Position numbers and translations under genes: made by a program. A stretch of DNA of 64,000 nucleotides, taken from IMG/VR virus record IMGVR_UViG_3300042367_000228, positions 308,017 through 372,016 of that record. The stretch is one strand, 5' to 3'. The notes beneath the pieces are model-generated. The model had not been told where the DNA came from. It did no database searches and saw nothing but the letters and a program-made list of their open reading frames with translations. Below are positions 10,067 through 19,689 of this stretch, piece by piece. Positions within the stretch are counted from its first letter, which is position 1. Each line of letters starts with the position of its first letter.

Positions 10067-10330
10067 CTAGTTTGAGTTTGCTAAAATATATGCAGTTACA
10101 TGTGATCCTTCTATAATAACTACATCATCTGGTGGACGTTGATATGCAGTTTGCTTAAACCATCTGTTTGGATCATGTGCAGTAATACGATTTATCTTAA
10201 CACGTCTTGGTGTTAACTTAGTTATCTTACCAACATACTGCGATCCGCTTTCTGCAAACGCAACAATGTCACCTACTGCTATTTTTTTATTAAGTAAGTC
10301 TCTATGTTCTATTGGCTCTTTCTTACTCAT
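10067..10330 (-). CDS. hypothetical protein (KOW/SH3-like)
   Basis: D...K.I.VGD.VAF..G...GKI.K.TP.RV.I. Confidence 0.6.
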   Translation of the reverse strand: MSKKEPIEHRDLLNKKIAVGDIVAFAESGSQYVGKITKLTPRRVKINRITAHDPNRWFKQTAYQRPPDDVVIIEGSHVTAYILANSN

Positions 10331-10613
10331 AATCGTATTCAGTCCATGTGTTATTTTTGTAACTCCAATGTCTACTATCGTACATGTTTATGTTTAATTC
10401 AAAACATAATAATCCAATGCGTAAACATGGACCTGCGTGATCAGAACCCCATAAGTGTGTGCCTAGTTCAAACCCTGCTATAATATCTTTATTAAATATA
10501 CCTTCTATTTCCCAGTGTTTGTGTTTAGTAAACGATCCATGCAAGTTAAACAGATCACGAAATCCATTGTGTGTTACAAATGGATTAGTTACTCCTATAC
10601 TTATTTCAAGCAT
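10323..10613 (-). CDS. hypothetical protein
   Basis: start reassigned to ATG after GGAGC RBS; sigma70 promoter upstream on - strand. Confidence 0.6.
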   Translation of the reverse strand: MLEISIGVTNPFVTHNGFRDLFNLHGSFTKHKHWEIEGIFNKDIIAGFELGTHLWGSDHAGPCLRIGLLCFELNINMYDSRHWSYKNNTWTEYDYE

Positions 10614-11002
10614 TGTTGCTCCTGTAGTTAAAAATGTTTGCATATTATAAACTATTATATACAGTGTGTCAAGCAAATAAATACAGTTGCTATACCACTA
10701 CGAGGACCTATGAAACCAAAACTATATAAAAAACAAAACACCTGGTACTGCAAACTAGGCCAAACTACCGGGCACGGCCCATCTCCTAAACGCGCTTACA
10801 CAAACTTTTATACACTATATAATAAGTGTAAAGTTGTTATTTCAGACGATTTAATACATCATTATAAACAATGATTACGATATTGTAATAGTGTTAGCTT
10901 GATTGTTTACTAAATGTAGATAGTTATTTTACTGTTTAGCCACTTGTTTTTCGTGTTAAAATAGCATAAAATACTATGTAGACATTAACAAAGGAGGCTA
11001 CA

Positions 11003-11158
11003 ATGATTAACACTATTACTGATTACACTTCTTCACGAAGTACAAACGACATCTTAATTGATGTATTGCATGTTGCAAGCGTAGTATGCTTTGCAACACT
11101 AGTATGGGTAATGTTCTGCGGATACATTATAACACCCCCAGTTTGGTGGCATGCGTAA
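11003..11158 (+). CDS. small membrane protein
   Basis: 51 aa; AGGAGG RBS; hydrophobic C-terminus. Confidence 0.55.
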   Translation: MINTITDYTSSRSTNDILIDVLHVASVVCFATLVWVMFCGYIITPPVWWHA

Positions 11159-11170
11159 TCCAATCCAGTA

Positions 11171-11200
11171 GCCTGCGCATACTACAATACTTGCGCAGGC
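11171..11200 (+). terminator. putative stem-loop/terminator
   Basis: GCCTGCGCA/TGCGCAGGC 9-bp stem after small ORF. Confidence 0.45.
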
Positions 11201-11274
11201 ACTTCTTTCGAGTCATTTGACTTGTCCTACACAACTTGTTATACTTTATTAAACTACTTTAATACAGGTGTAAT

Positions 11275-11532
11275 ATGAAATTTGAAACAGCTCCAATCCA
11301 AAATCAAATTCAATGCAGATCCTATGATGAAGCCAAAATGTATCTAATGTTCTTAGAAATAGACGGCAAACGAGGATGGCGCATGCCTACGCGATACGAA
11401 CGCACTAAATATTTTAGAGTAGGTCAACATGTTAATGAACCTGTATGGGATCTTCTAGATGAAGACACAGTTTTATTAAATAATAAAACACGACGATTAA
11501 TACCAGTAAGAGACAGAAACGATGACAATTGA
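11275..11532 (+). CDS. DUF1566/Lcl-like C-type-lectin-fold mini protein
   Basis: YDEA.MY...IDGKRGWRMPT..E...PVRD. Confidence 0.8.
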   Translation: MKFETAPIQNQIQCRSYDEAKMYLMFLEIDGKRGWRMPTRYERTKYFRVGQHVNEPVWDLLDEDTVLLNNKTRRLIPVRDRNDDN

Positions 11533-11755
11533 GATATCACCAAAGGAATACTGGAAAGAAATGTGCCGAGACGAAGCACAGCTGTATTGTTTGTTCTTAG
11601 ATATAGACGGTAAAAGAGGGTGGCGATTTCCTAAGTCTGATGAATTAAGTCACCATATCATGTGGTATAAAGAAGATTTAAACAATCCTGATTTAGGTGA
11701 TCCTGACGATTTGTACCCCATAGTACCAGTACGAGATAGAAAAGATGACGATTGA
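11522..11755 (+). CDS. DUF1566/Lcl-like mini protein
   Basis: EA.LYC...DGKRGWRFP...E...PVRD. Confidence 0.8.
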   Translation: MTIEISPKEYWKEMCRDEAQLYCLFLDIDGKRGWRFPKSDELSHHIMWYKEDLNNPDLGDPDDLYPIVPVRDRKDDD

Positions 11756-11999
11756 AATATCACCAATAGGTACCTGGAAGAAACCACTTCCTAAAGATCA
11801 AGCACAGCTTTATTGTATGTTCTTTGAACATGACGGCAGAGGATGGAGATTCCCAACTGAAGAAGAATGCTTAACCGATATGCGCGGAATCCCAACAATT
11901 ATAGGATGGTGTTGGAACGCAGAACGTATAGAAAGTGCCGACTATGATACTGCAAAATGCGATGTAATTTTAGTTCGCGATGTAAAAAATGATAAATAA
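11745..11999 (+). CDS. DUF1566/Lcl-like mini protein
   Basis: A.LYC...GWRFPT.EE...LVRD. Confidence 0.8.
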   Translation: MTIEISPIGTWKKPLPKDQAQLYCMFFEHDGRGWRFPTEEECLTDMRGIPTIIGWCWNAERIESADYDTAKCDVILVRDVKNDK

Positions 12000-12004
12000 T
12001 TTAT

Positions 12005-12274
12005 ATGACAATAGACGAACTTTTAACTGAATTAACCTTTCACGGTTCACAATGTACTAAAGACTGTAGTGGACATCGCGCAGGCTGGAAATGGGGTAAA
12101 GCCCATCCGAATGTTGCAACAACAAACAGTGCTTCTCATCCAAGTTTTAATAACGGTGTGCGCATTGCTAACGCTAATTCTAAAGTAGTAATGATGCCAG
12201 GTGTGCGTGGTGCAGGTGGTCGTTTTGTTAAGTTTACTCCAGAACCTAAACCATCTAAACGCAATAAACCTTAA
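12005..12274 (+). CDS. hypothetical protein
   Basis: CTKDCSGHRAGWKW motif; TAAATA upstream. Confidence 0.7.
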   Translation: MTIDELLTELTFHGSQCTKDCSGHRAGWKWGKAHPNVATTNSASHPSFNNGVRIANANSKVVMMPGVRGAGGRFVKFTPEPKPSKRNKP

Positions 12275-12293
12275 TAGGCCCCGCTGTACATAT

Positions 12294-13181
12294 ATGAGAG
12301 CATACGAATTTATATTAAAAGAGCTATTAGAACCAAAGAAACCTGGATCAGCTGTTAAAAGTTCAACTGTATCCGTGTCTGGAGCACAAGGGAGTATTTC
12401 TAAAATCTCCCAACAAAAATTTACCACATCTAAAGGAAATGTAGTTAAGGTTTGGTTTAAGCCAACTCAAGCTGATGACGGTAATCCATCAGTTGAAATT
12501 ACGTTTTATGTTAACGACACTGTTTACGATAATTCATCAAGTGAAGGTAAGGATATTGCAAACGATTTTGAAATTTTATCAGGAGTTGGATATCTAGTTA
12601 ATAACACGCTTGACAGAAAGAAGCTTAATCATTGTACATTTTTAGCATACTCGAGCAACCGAGATACTCGAACTAAATTTAATATTCCACTTGAAAAATA
12701 CCTAGTTAAATTAAATCACTCGTTAACAACGTTTTATGATCAAATTGCAAATTTTAATCCTACTCCTGAACAACTATCTGCAGAGTTAGAAAGAAGGAAT
12801 GCATTACTAGCAAGACTTAAAAGACCTTTAGAAACGTCTGTTAATATGGTAGACCCTAACCTAACAAACGCATTATCTCAAATGCATGCGTTTATTAATC
12901 AACCATTTGACGAAACATCTTTAGAACGCTATTCTAAGTTACTTACTGCAATTGAACATTCTTCATCTCACTACGTATATAATAACACCGGTTTTCCTAA
13001 ATTAATTAACGATCTGCATGAATTTAAATTGATAGTAAGAAGTTATTCGAAAGACGGAGCTGAAATTACATCTAATCGTAGAGCGTCAGTATATTCAAAA
13101 TTAATACAAAAGTTCTTTTCAGATAAATGGGATATCAAAACACAAGGTGCTCACTTTACCTTAACCCGCAAACTATCTTAA
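12294..13181 (+). CDS. hypothetical protein
   Basis: start reassigned to MRAYEFILKE leader. Confidence 0.7.
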   Translation: MRAYEFILKELLEPKKPGSAVKSSTVSVSGAQGSISKISQQKFTTSKGNVVKVWFKPTQADDGNPSVEITFYVNDTVYDNSSSEGKDIANDFEILSGVGYLVNNTLDRKKLNHCTFLAYSSNRDTRTKFNIPLEKYLVKLNHSLTTFYDQIANFNPTPEQLSAELERRNALLARLKRPLETSVNMVDPNLTNALSQMHAFINQPFDETSLERYSKLLTAIEHSSSHYVYNNTGFPKLINDLHEFKLIVRSYSKDGAEITSNRRASVYSKLIQKFFSDKWDIKTQGAHFTLTRKLS

Positions 13182-13375
13182 TAGGCCCCGCTGTACACTC
13201 TGCTGTACACATATATTCGCACGAATATACTCACGCATTATATAATATACATATAATGCGCTCATATACATTGACAACACACACTTACACATATATACTA
13301 TAAGCATAACACGTTGTATGCAATAGGCCCCGCTGTACACATACACTAAATAATATTATCAATTAAGGAGTAACC

Positions 13376-13582
13376 ATGGAAACGATTTATACTGATAGAA
13401 GAATAGTAGAAACTGGATGTATGTTGTATATGAGAATAATTTCAATTGGTACTAGCATTACTGTCTATGCTTTTAAACATGACGAGTTCCGTTGTGATAT
13501 GGAAATCTTCACCGGCGACAACTACACAGGTAACTTAGAAGAATGGTTGTTACTTCCTGTTAGTACTGCTGCATCTTACTAA
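13376..13582 (+). CDS. hypothetical protein, similar to 5359-5559
   Basis: AAGGAG RBS; FK....RCDME.F. Confidence 0.65.
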   Translation: METIYTDRRIVETGCMLYMRIISIGTSITVYAFKHDEFRCDMEIFTGDNYTGNLEEWLLLPVSTAASY

Positions 13583-13633
13583 AGGCCCCGCTGTAGCATA
13601 TACACGAATAAATAATACTTGTGGAGATATACA

Positions 13634-14524
13634 ATGAGAGCAAGAGAATTTATTGTTGAAGCGGTTAAGCTATCTATTAAAAGTATAGTACCGCCAACAG
13701 ACATTAGTCAAGAAGACAAACAACAGGCATTTGCTAACCTTAGTCAAACTGAAATTGATCAATTAGATCAGCCTAGATACATTTCAAAAGAAATGTGGCC
13801 TCAGTTCCGCAAATGGCTGGTGCAACGCAGTTTAGCAAGTAACCCTACACTTGATCCAGTTCTTACTGCATATACCCCGGGTGAAACTCTTGCTCTCTTT
13901 AAACATCCTGAGATTGCTAAATGGCATCAAGAGATTGTTCATTACAAAGTTCCTCCTGAATACAAAATGGTAGCATTTGTTCCTTGTGGCAAAACTAAAC
14001 CCTGGGCCAATGCAGCACGCGGCATTTACAAAAGCTACAATCAAATCATAAAAGACAAAAGATATCCGGTATACTTTGTAACGGTATCTGAACCACTAGG
14101 AATTGTTCCAAGTAGTCTTTGGAGTGATTTCCCTCAATACGATAATCCGGGTTTATTTAAAGATGATACTCAGCAATCCGGAGGATTGTTTACAGCTGAT
14201 TGGAAACAGTACTATGGTACAGGTAAACAGAAAATGCCATTTGATCCGGCAGCCTATTCTCAGTGTATCCAATTTTTAGGTAATATCATTAATCAGTTTA
14301 TTGAAAACAATCCGCAAGTTCAATATGTTAGTTTTGTTGAAGATAAGATGTTTAAGGCTAGTTCTAACAATGTTGGAACACATAGTGCAATGCTCTCCCA
14401 TACCAATAAAATAGATCCTGCGCATCGTTACCTGAAACGAGCCGCACCACGTGAAGAACCATATAACTATGTGGATCAATCTCTTTCAACTCATTTCGAT
14501 AAACCGGAATCCGATCAACCATAA
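13634..14524 (+). CDS. DUF5591-like (ArcS archaeosine-synthase core-like) protein
   Basis: FVPCGKTKPW and VTVSEPLGIVP...FPQYDNPG match the PC..KP / SP.G.VP..YD.P pattern. Confidence 0.6.
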   Translation: MRAREFIVEAVKLSIKSIVPPTDISQEDKQQAFANLSQTEIDQLDQPRYISKEMWPQFRKWLVQRSLASNPTLDPVLTAYTPGETLALFKHPEIAKWHQEIVHYKVPPEYKMVAFVPCGKTKPWANAARGIYKSYNQIIKDKRYPVYFVTVSEPLGIVPSSLWSDFPQYDNPGLFKDDTQQSGGLFTADWKQYYGTGKQKMPFDPAAYSQCIQFLGNIINQFIENNPQVQYVSFVEDKMFKASSNNVGTHSAMLSHTNKIDPAHRYLKRAAPREEPYNYVDQSLSTHFDKPESDQP

Positions 14525-14540
14525 TTGGTAAAAATACCAC

Positions 14541-14569
14541 TTGACATTCTGCTGTAAACATTGTATAGT
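14541..14569 (+). promoter_or_regulatory. sigma70 promoter upstream of structured non-coding region
   Basis: TTGACA-17-TATAGT. Confidence 0.65.
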
Positions 14570-14575
14570 GTACGC

Positions 14576-15050
14576 ATAACTACAGCAGGTGTCGCGCAAA
14601 CTGTATTATCTATGCGCCCTATAACTGGACAGATGTATCACAGTGATGGAATTGTTGAACTGTAGCAACGACATAACCACCTACCCATTTGGATGAACAT
14701 GAGATGTACCTTTACAAAACTCATTACAGGTTATGGCCCCGCTGTACACGTAAGGTTAAAAGAAGGAGTAGCACTCCTACGACTGATTATATGGTTAGCA
14801 TTGTATAATCAGTCCGCCGTCATATATCACCAGGACGGAGCTCGAGGTACCGGATGACCGCCTCTGTAATGCTCTAATGCTAAGACAAAAAACGAACTCG
14901 ACAAATGTCTTTTTTGCCACATGGCCTAGTTGGGCCATTGTGACTATTTGAATCTGACAAAATGAAATAAAAGAAAAATAAAATTATAATAATTGATATG
15001 AGTGCCAACGAATATAAAATTATTATAATTTAGGACTATAGTCCTTTATA
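14576..15050 (+). ncRNA. candidate large structured ncRNA or leader
   Basis: ~480 nt without a convincing ORF, at least 5 stems incl. 11-bp (14781-14814) and 14-bp (14981-15031). Confidence 0.45.
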
Positions 15051-15065
15051 CCTATAGGAGAAATT

Positions 15066-15284
15066 ATGATTGAACTAGCACCACTATCTGATTATAAGAT
15101 GTCATACGACAAAGCCTGGTTGTATTGTGCTACCTTGACCTATAAGAACAAATACGATTGGCGTATTCCGACTGATGCCGAGTTTACATATAACGAAGAA
15201 ATTGATGAAGAATCTTTTGATCAATCAGACGAACCACATCATAGCCATTGGCGTGTTCAACCAGTGAGGACTAAAGATGCTTGA
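15066..15284 (+). CDS. DUF1566/Lcl-like mini protein
   Basis: MIELAP..YDKAWLYC..KYDWRIPT..E...PVRT. Confidence 0.85.
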   Translation: MIELAPLSDYKMSYDKAWLYCATLTYKNKYDWRIPTDAEFTYNEEIDEESFDQSDEPHHSHWRVQPVRTKDA

Positions 15285-15501
15285 GTTTGCCCCAATGCCG
15301 GCCGGCCGGTTCTCATTTGATGATGCCTGGTTATATTGTGCTACACTAACATATAATAACAATTATGACTGGCGCATACCAACTGAAGATGAATTTTGCA
15401 ACTACGAAGAAATTGATTGCGATGCGTTTGATCAGAATGATGAAGGTCTTAAGATAGCTAAAGTAACACATAAAATCTGTCCAGTGCGCACTGCTGATTA
15501 A
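15277..15501 (+). CDS. DUF1566/Lcl-like mini protein
   Basis: family motif; close paralog of 15066. Confidence 0.85.
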   Translation: MLEFAPMPAGRFSFDDAWLYCATLTYNNNYDWRIPTEDEFCNYEEIDCDAFDQNDEGLKIAKVTHKICPVRTAD

Positions 15502-15560
15502 AATACCATTTGTAAAGTCCTAAGTTTTGCGCTATAATAATGTTTTATGTAAGGAGCCAT

Positions 15561-15851
15561 ATGCTAGTAGCCACTTGTCAATCAAAATTTATAACGTATG
15601 CCGAAGCTGTTATGTATTGTTTGTTTTTAGATCACCAAGGAAAGAAAGGCTGGCGGTTGCCAACTTTACTTGAATGGGCAGATACTGCAGATGGCAGACT
15701 TACAACTAATACATGGTATCGAGAGAGTACGAATGAAGAACGAGCATTGCTTGCAAAACAATACAAACATACCCAGCAAGCTATAGAAGCTATGATTGAA
15801 CCATATGAAAATCGTAAAACAGGTATAGCAGTTGCAGTGAGGGATGAATGA
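15561..15851 (+). CDS. DUF1566/Lcl-like mini protein
   Basis: EAVMYC..GKKGWRLPT; start after AGGAG. Confidence 0.8.
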   Translation: MLVATCQSKFITYAEAVMYCLFLDHQGKKGWRLPTLLEWADTADGRLTTNTWYRESTNEERALLAKQYKHTQQAIEAMIEPYENRKTGIAVAVRDE

Positions 15852-16075
15852 TAGAAATATTAGCTAACCCACCTGGGATCAGTCGGAAGTTATATAATCG
15901 CGATGCAGCCTTTTTGTATATAATTACTCTAGTCCATAATGGACATGCAGACTGGCGATTTCCTACTCCAGACGAATGGGTTAACAGTCCTTTAGCGTAT
16001 ATGGCATGGCATCAAGGAAGAATTGATGACGATAGATTTTTCAGCTATCACATATACCCAGTGAGAGATATATGA
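15848..16075 (+). CDS. DUF1566/Lcl-like mini protein
   Basis: DWRFPT.DE...PVRD. Confidence 0.8.
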   Translation: MIEILANPPGISRKLYNRDAAFLYIITLVHNGHADWRFPTPDEWVNSPLAYMAWHQGRIDDDRFFSYHIYPVRDI

Positions 16076-16266
16076 TTAGATTTGCTAAACCATCCGGATG
16101 GTTAAACAACACAACTCCGGAAGCTGCTGACATGCACGTATTGTTTTATGAAGAAGACGGTTTAAAATACTGGAGGAGAGCAACTAACGAAGATTTTATT
16201 GACTTTGCAATACACGTTCCTGAATCATTGTTATCTAATACATGTATTCCGGTAAAGGATTTATGA
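16072..16266 (+). CDS. divergent DUF1566/Lcl-like mini protein
   Basis: EDG..YWR.AT.ED...PVKD. Confidence 0.65.
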   Translation: MIRFAKPSGWLNNTTPEAADMHVLFYEEDGLKYWRRATNEDFIDFAIHVPESLLSNTCIPVKDL

Positions 16267-16484
16267 GTATGCTTGAATTAGCCCCGCCATCAGAAAAAAT
16301 GACATATGACGAAGCAATTATGTATTGCTTTTGGTTAGAACACGATGGAAAGAAAGGCTGGAGAATGCCAACACATGAAGAATGGGCAAAGACTAAAGGC
16401 ATCATGGTGTACACTTGGAGACAGAATGATCACCGTACGATGATGGATACGATGCCTGTAGTACCGGTAAGAGGACAATTATGA
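16263..16484 (+). CDS. DUF1566/Lcl-like mini protein
   Basis: YDEAIMYC..GKKGWRMPT. Confidence 0.85.
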   Translation: MSMLELAPPSEKMTYDEAIMYCFWLEHDGKKGWRMPTHEEWAKTKGIMVYTWRQNDHRTMMDTMPVVPVRGQL

Positions 16485-16894
16485 AATGGTTTAACCGAAT
16501 ATTCAATCGCAATGTATATTTAAAATTTGACGTACCTACAAACCCTCCAGACAACAACAGAGTGCGTTATGTTGTAGGAGTCCCGGTTAATCACTATGAG
16601 AAAAAAATCATTGAAATCGTTTATACTGGAATACTATGTTCCAGTGATGATGAAGCAACGATGCATTTGTTTATGATGAGTAAGCATGATGGAAAGAGAG
16701 GATGGCGACTACCTACAATACACGAAGCTATATACTGTTCAGAGCTATCAGTAGTTAAGCATTTCTCTGATTGGAATTCACTTAGAGTTCCATTAGAATT
16801 AGTTTTAGTAAGAGATGTTACAGAAGATGAGTATAACTATTACAATGGACCTATAACACGTTTCTTTAAGCAGTTTGCGCAGTGGACTTATTGA
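16481..16894 (+). CDS. DUF1566/Lcl-like protein with N- and C-terminal extensions
   Basis: DEA.M...DGKRGWRLPT..E...LVRD. Confidence 0.75.
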   Translation: MKWFNRIFNRNVYLKFDVPTNPPDNNRVRYVVGVPVNHYEKKIIEIVYTGILCSSDDEATMHLFMMSKHDGKRGWRLPTIHEAIYCSELSVVKHFSDWNSLRVPLELVLVRDVTEDEYNYYNGPITRFFKQFAQWTY

Positions 16895-16925
16895 TAGCTA
16901 AATAGCAGACAATAAGGAGAGTGTT

Positions 16926-17909
16926 ATGTCAAAAGAAGAAGTAGGTACAGGTGTAAGCCAAGAAGAGTCAGTTACGCTTAATGGCGTAACAGTAACAGAA
17001 GAATCACATGCTGATGTATATGCTGAAGCACACGCAGGTGCAAGTGCAGAAGTAACTGATACAAGTGTATCGGCAGAAGCACACGCAGGTGCAAGTGTTG
17101 GTGCAGAAGCCGGTGCAAGTGTTACTTTAGGTGATGTTACATTAGAAGCTGAAGCACACGCTACTGCTGAAGTTGAAGCCACTGCTAACGCAAATGCAGG
17201 ATGGACAGGTACAGATGTAGTAGCTGAAGCAAGCGCAGGTGTTGAAGCGCGTGCAGAAATTGGTGCAAGTGCATCAGTTGGTAATGAAGATGTTGGCACA
17301 GTTAGTGTTTCGAGTGGTGCATACGCAGAAGCTAATGCAGGTGTTGAAGTAAGTGGTTCAGTTGGATTACACGGCGCACAAGGATATGCCGGAGCATCAG
17401 TTGGTGCAAGTGTTGGTGTAGAAGCTAATGCAGTAGCAGAAAGCCATGGTGTGTCTGCTGAAGCAGGTGCAGGTGTTAGCATTGGATTACAAGCAGGTGC
17501 AGAAGTTGGCGGTAAAGCTGAAGTACATGGCAACACTATTAGCATCGGTGTAGAAGGTGAACTAGAGTTATTAGCAGGTGTAGAACTTAATGCTGAATTA
17601 TCAGTTGATACTACTCCAGTTGTAGAATTAGCAGAACAAGTAGCCGATGACACTGCAAAGCTAGCAGAGCAAGCAGCGTTAGAAGCAGCCCGCATTGCTC
17701 AAGCAAAAGCAGAATACGCTGCTCGCGTTGCCCAAGAAGAAGCAGAACACGCAGCTAGAGAAGCACGAGAAGCATCAGAAAGAGCAGCTAGAGAAACACA
17801 AGCCGCAGCTGAAAGTGCAGCTAGAGAAGCAGATCGTTTAGCTAGAGAAGCAGCCAATCGTGCAGCAAATGAGATGAATAAAGCATTTAAAAAAGTAAAG
17901 TTCTGGTAA
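16926..17909 (+). CDS. Ala/Gly/Val/Glu-rich repeat protein with C-terminal coiled coil
   Basis: AEAHAGAS/GASVG repeats; AAREA heptads; AGGAG RBS; TAAATA upstream. Confidence 0.75.
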   Translation: MSKEEVGTGVSQEESVTLNGVTVTEESHADVYAEAHAGASAEVTDTSVSAEAHAGASVGAEAGASVTLGDVTLEAEAHATAEVEATANANAGWTGTDVVAEASAGVEARAEIGASASVGNEDVGTVSVSSGAYAEANAGVEVSGSVGLHGAQGYAGASVGASVGVEANAVAESHGVSAEAGAGVSIGLQAGAEVGGKAEVHGNTISIGVEGELELLAGVELNAELSVDTTPVVELAEQVADDTAKLAEQAALEAARIAQAKAEYAARVAQEEAEHAAREAREASERAARETQAAAESAAREADRLAREAANRAANEMNKAFKKVKFW

Positions 17910-18016
17910 AAGGCCCCGCTGTAACATGTATAGAGTAAACTTTCAGTTGACAAATTGTAAAGTTTACTTTATACTTTAATTTGTTTTAAGCAATCACACA
18001 GTAAAAAGGAGAAGTT

Positions 18017-18277
18017 ATGCACAAAATTATCTTATCCGCACTCAAATCTGGTGCAAAAACTCCGATAGAGCTTTATGATCTGTGTAGATGTGATCCATAT
18101 GATTTCGCAAGGATGCTAACTGATTTAGCTGATGCTGAAAAGATCGAACGACGCATTATTATTCCTAATCACGATCAAGTATATCGTTCACTAACACTAA
18201 TCCCTAACAACGTAATTGATGGATTGCCATGGGAAGTTATTCGGATAGAATACCGCTTGACAAACAAAACACACTAA
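18017..18277 (+). CDS. hypothetical protein (possible winged HTH)
   Basis: IL.AL..G.KT..EL...C; sigma70 promoter and RBS upstream. Confidence 0.6.
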   Translation: MHKIILSALKSGAKTPIELYDLCRCDPYDFARMLTDLADAEKIERRIIIPNHDQVYRSLTLIPNNVIDGLPWEVIRIEYRLTNKTH

Positions 18278-18313
18278 TTTATAATAAACACTTAACAACC
18301 GCAGGAGCTATAA

Positions 18314-18535
18314 TTGAAAATGCTAGAAGGAACAAATCAACAAGGCGATTTCGTAGTTATGTATGACGAAGAAACTTTATTAAATCAAAACTATTGGGAT
18401 TGTGATTGTTCGCATGAGTATATAAGACCCGTAACTGAACATCATTGCCAAGAATGCGGAGCTGATCGTGACGATAGTGAAATATCACACGAAGTCGAAG
18501 TTCAGCAACTTGTTTATAAAATAATTATTCACTAA
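18314..18535 (+). CDS. Zn-finger-like hypothetical protein, similar to 33169-33393
   Basis: TTG start after AGGAG; YWDCDC...C..C. Confidence 0.6.
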   Translation: MKMLEGTNQQGDFVVMYDEETLLNQNYWDCDCSHEYIRPVTEHHCQECGADRDDSEISHEVEVQQLVYKIIIH

Positions 18536-18549
18536 CAATGGAGGTAACT

Positions 18550-19620
18550 ATGCCGAATACACTTGAAACCACTGCTATTGCTATTTTAGAAGGAGAAGTA
18601 ACTACCACTACTATTTCCGATTCTGATTCACTCGAATTAATTGAACATCTGCAGGCATGGTTACCAAACTATCCTAAAGGCTCAAACAAATTTATTTCTT
18701 TCTTGCAACACAATGTATCGCCATTGTATGCAATATACGGTGTTTACTCTGCAGTTGATAATGGCAGCTTAGAGTTAACTTCACGTAACTTTCAATCTAT
18801 GATGCTATTTGAATCGGAGTTTAAAGACTTAATTAAGCATTTTGAGAATCCAGATAAGAAGACTAACTTCTTTGAATCGATGCGTAATGGTACTGAGATA
18901 TCAAGAGTGGAATTAGAATTAACCAGTCCATTCTGTATCCAACCTGAAGATGAGATCGGTACCGGTACATGGGAATACGTTGAACCCGAGTTACCTGAGA
19001 TTGATGATGACGATACAACAAATCCAGCTACTACGACAACCGCAAGTGCTCCTGGTACTATTCAAATTCCGTTAAAAGATATTCTTGATACTGCTGCTAA
19101 GAAGGTATTTGGTGTAGGAGTTAAAAAGACAGTTGCTGAAAAAGATCAAGAACAAGATGATCATGATGCATACTATGTATATACACAGTATTTGTATCAG
19201 TTCACTAGTGCATGGTTCCCTAACGACGCTCCTACTATCAATGTAGTATCGCAAAAGTTTTGGGATGAACATGAATGTATTGATGATCAACACATTTCAG
19301 AGTACTTAGAATCGATTATTCCAGATTGGTCTAATAACTGGTGTGAAACTACGGACAGTGTATTTGAATACACTGGCGGTTCAACTAAAGCAGAAGCTAT
19401 TGCTTATTTAAAAGCAACAGGGTTCTTTAAAGAAGAAGAACTATTTGATGTTGATGATGAAGAATCTGATAAAACAGATATCTTACTAAGTTATCTTGAA
19501 GGTCAACCTGAAGAAGTAATTTCTAAGTTTCTCAAAGAGGCACTTACACATCTTGATGATAGCCAAATTCAAGACTTAATTCAAAAGTATGAAGACGTTT
19601 GGCACGAAGAGGATGAATAA
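18550..19620 (+). CDS. acidic hypothetical protein
   Basis: long ORF; GGAGG RBS. Confidence 0.75.
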   Translation: MPNTLETTAIAILEGEVTTTTISDSDSLELIEHLQAWLPNYPKGSNKFISFLQHNVSPLYAIYGVYSAVDNGSLELTSRNFQSMMLFESEFKDLIKHFENPDKKTNFFESMRNGTEISRVELELTSPFCIQPEDEIGTGTWEYVEPELPEIDDDDTTNPATTTTASAPGTIQIPLKDILDTAAKKVFGVGVKKTVAEKDQEQDDHDAYYVYTQYLYQFTSAWFPNDAPTINVVSQKFWDEHECIDDQHISEYLESIIPDWSNNWCETTDSVFEYTGGSTKAEAIAYLKATGFFKEEELFDVDDEESDKTDILLSYLEGQPEEVISKFLKEALTHLDDSQIQDLIQKYEDVWHEEDE

Positions 19621-19689
19621 ATAACTGCTTGCACATCCGCGTGTAGTTTGTTATAATATGTTTTTACTTACTAACACGCGGAGCTTACA

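Noticed and set aside
14930-15050. Group I intron (GACTA ... TATAGTCC resemble R/S elements)
   Set aside because: GGACTATAGTCC is self-palindromic, flanking genes are complete and no split exon was found; kept only as a generic ncRNA candidate
16898-17695. 265-aa - strand ORF
   Set aside because: Antisense shadow of the Ala/Gly-rich + strand gene, which has the RBS and promoter
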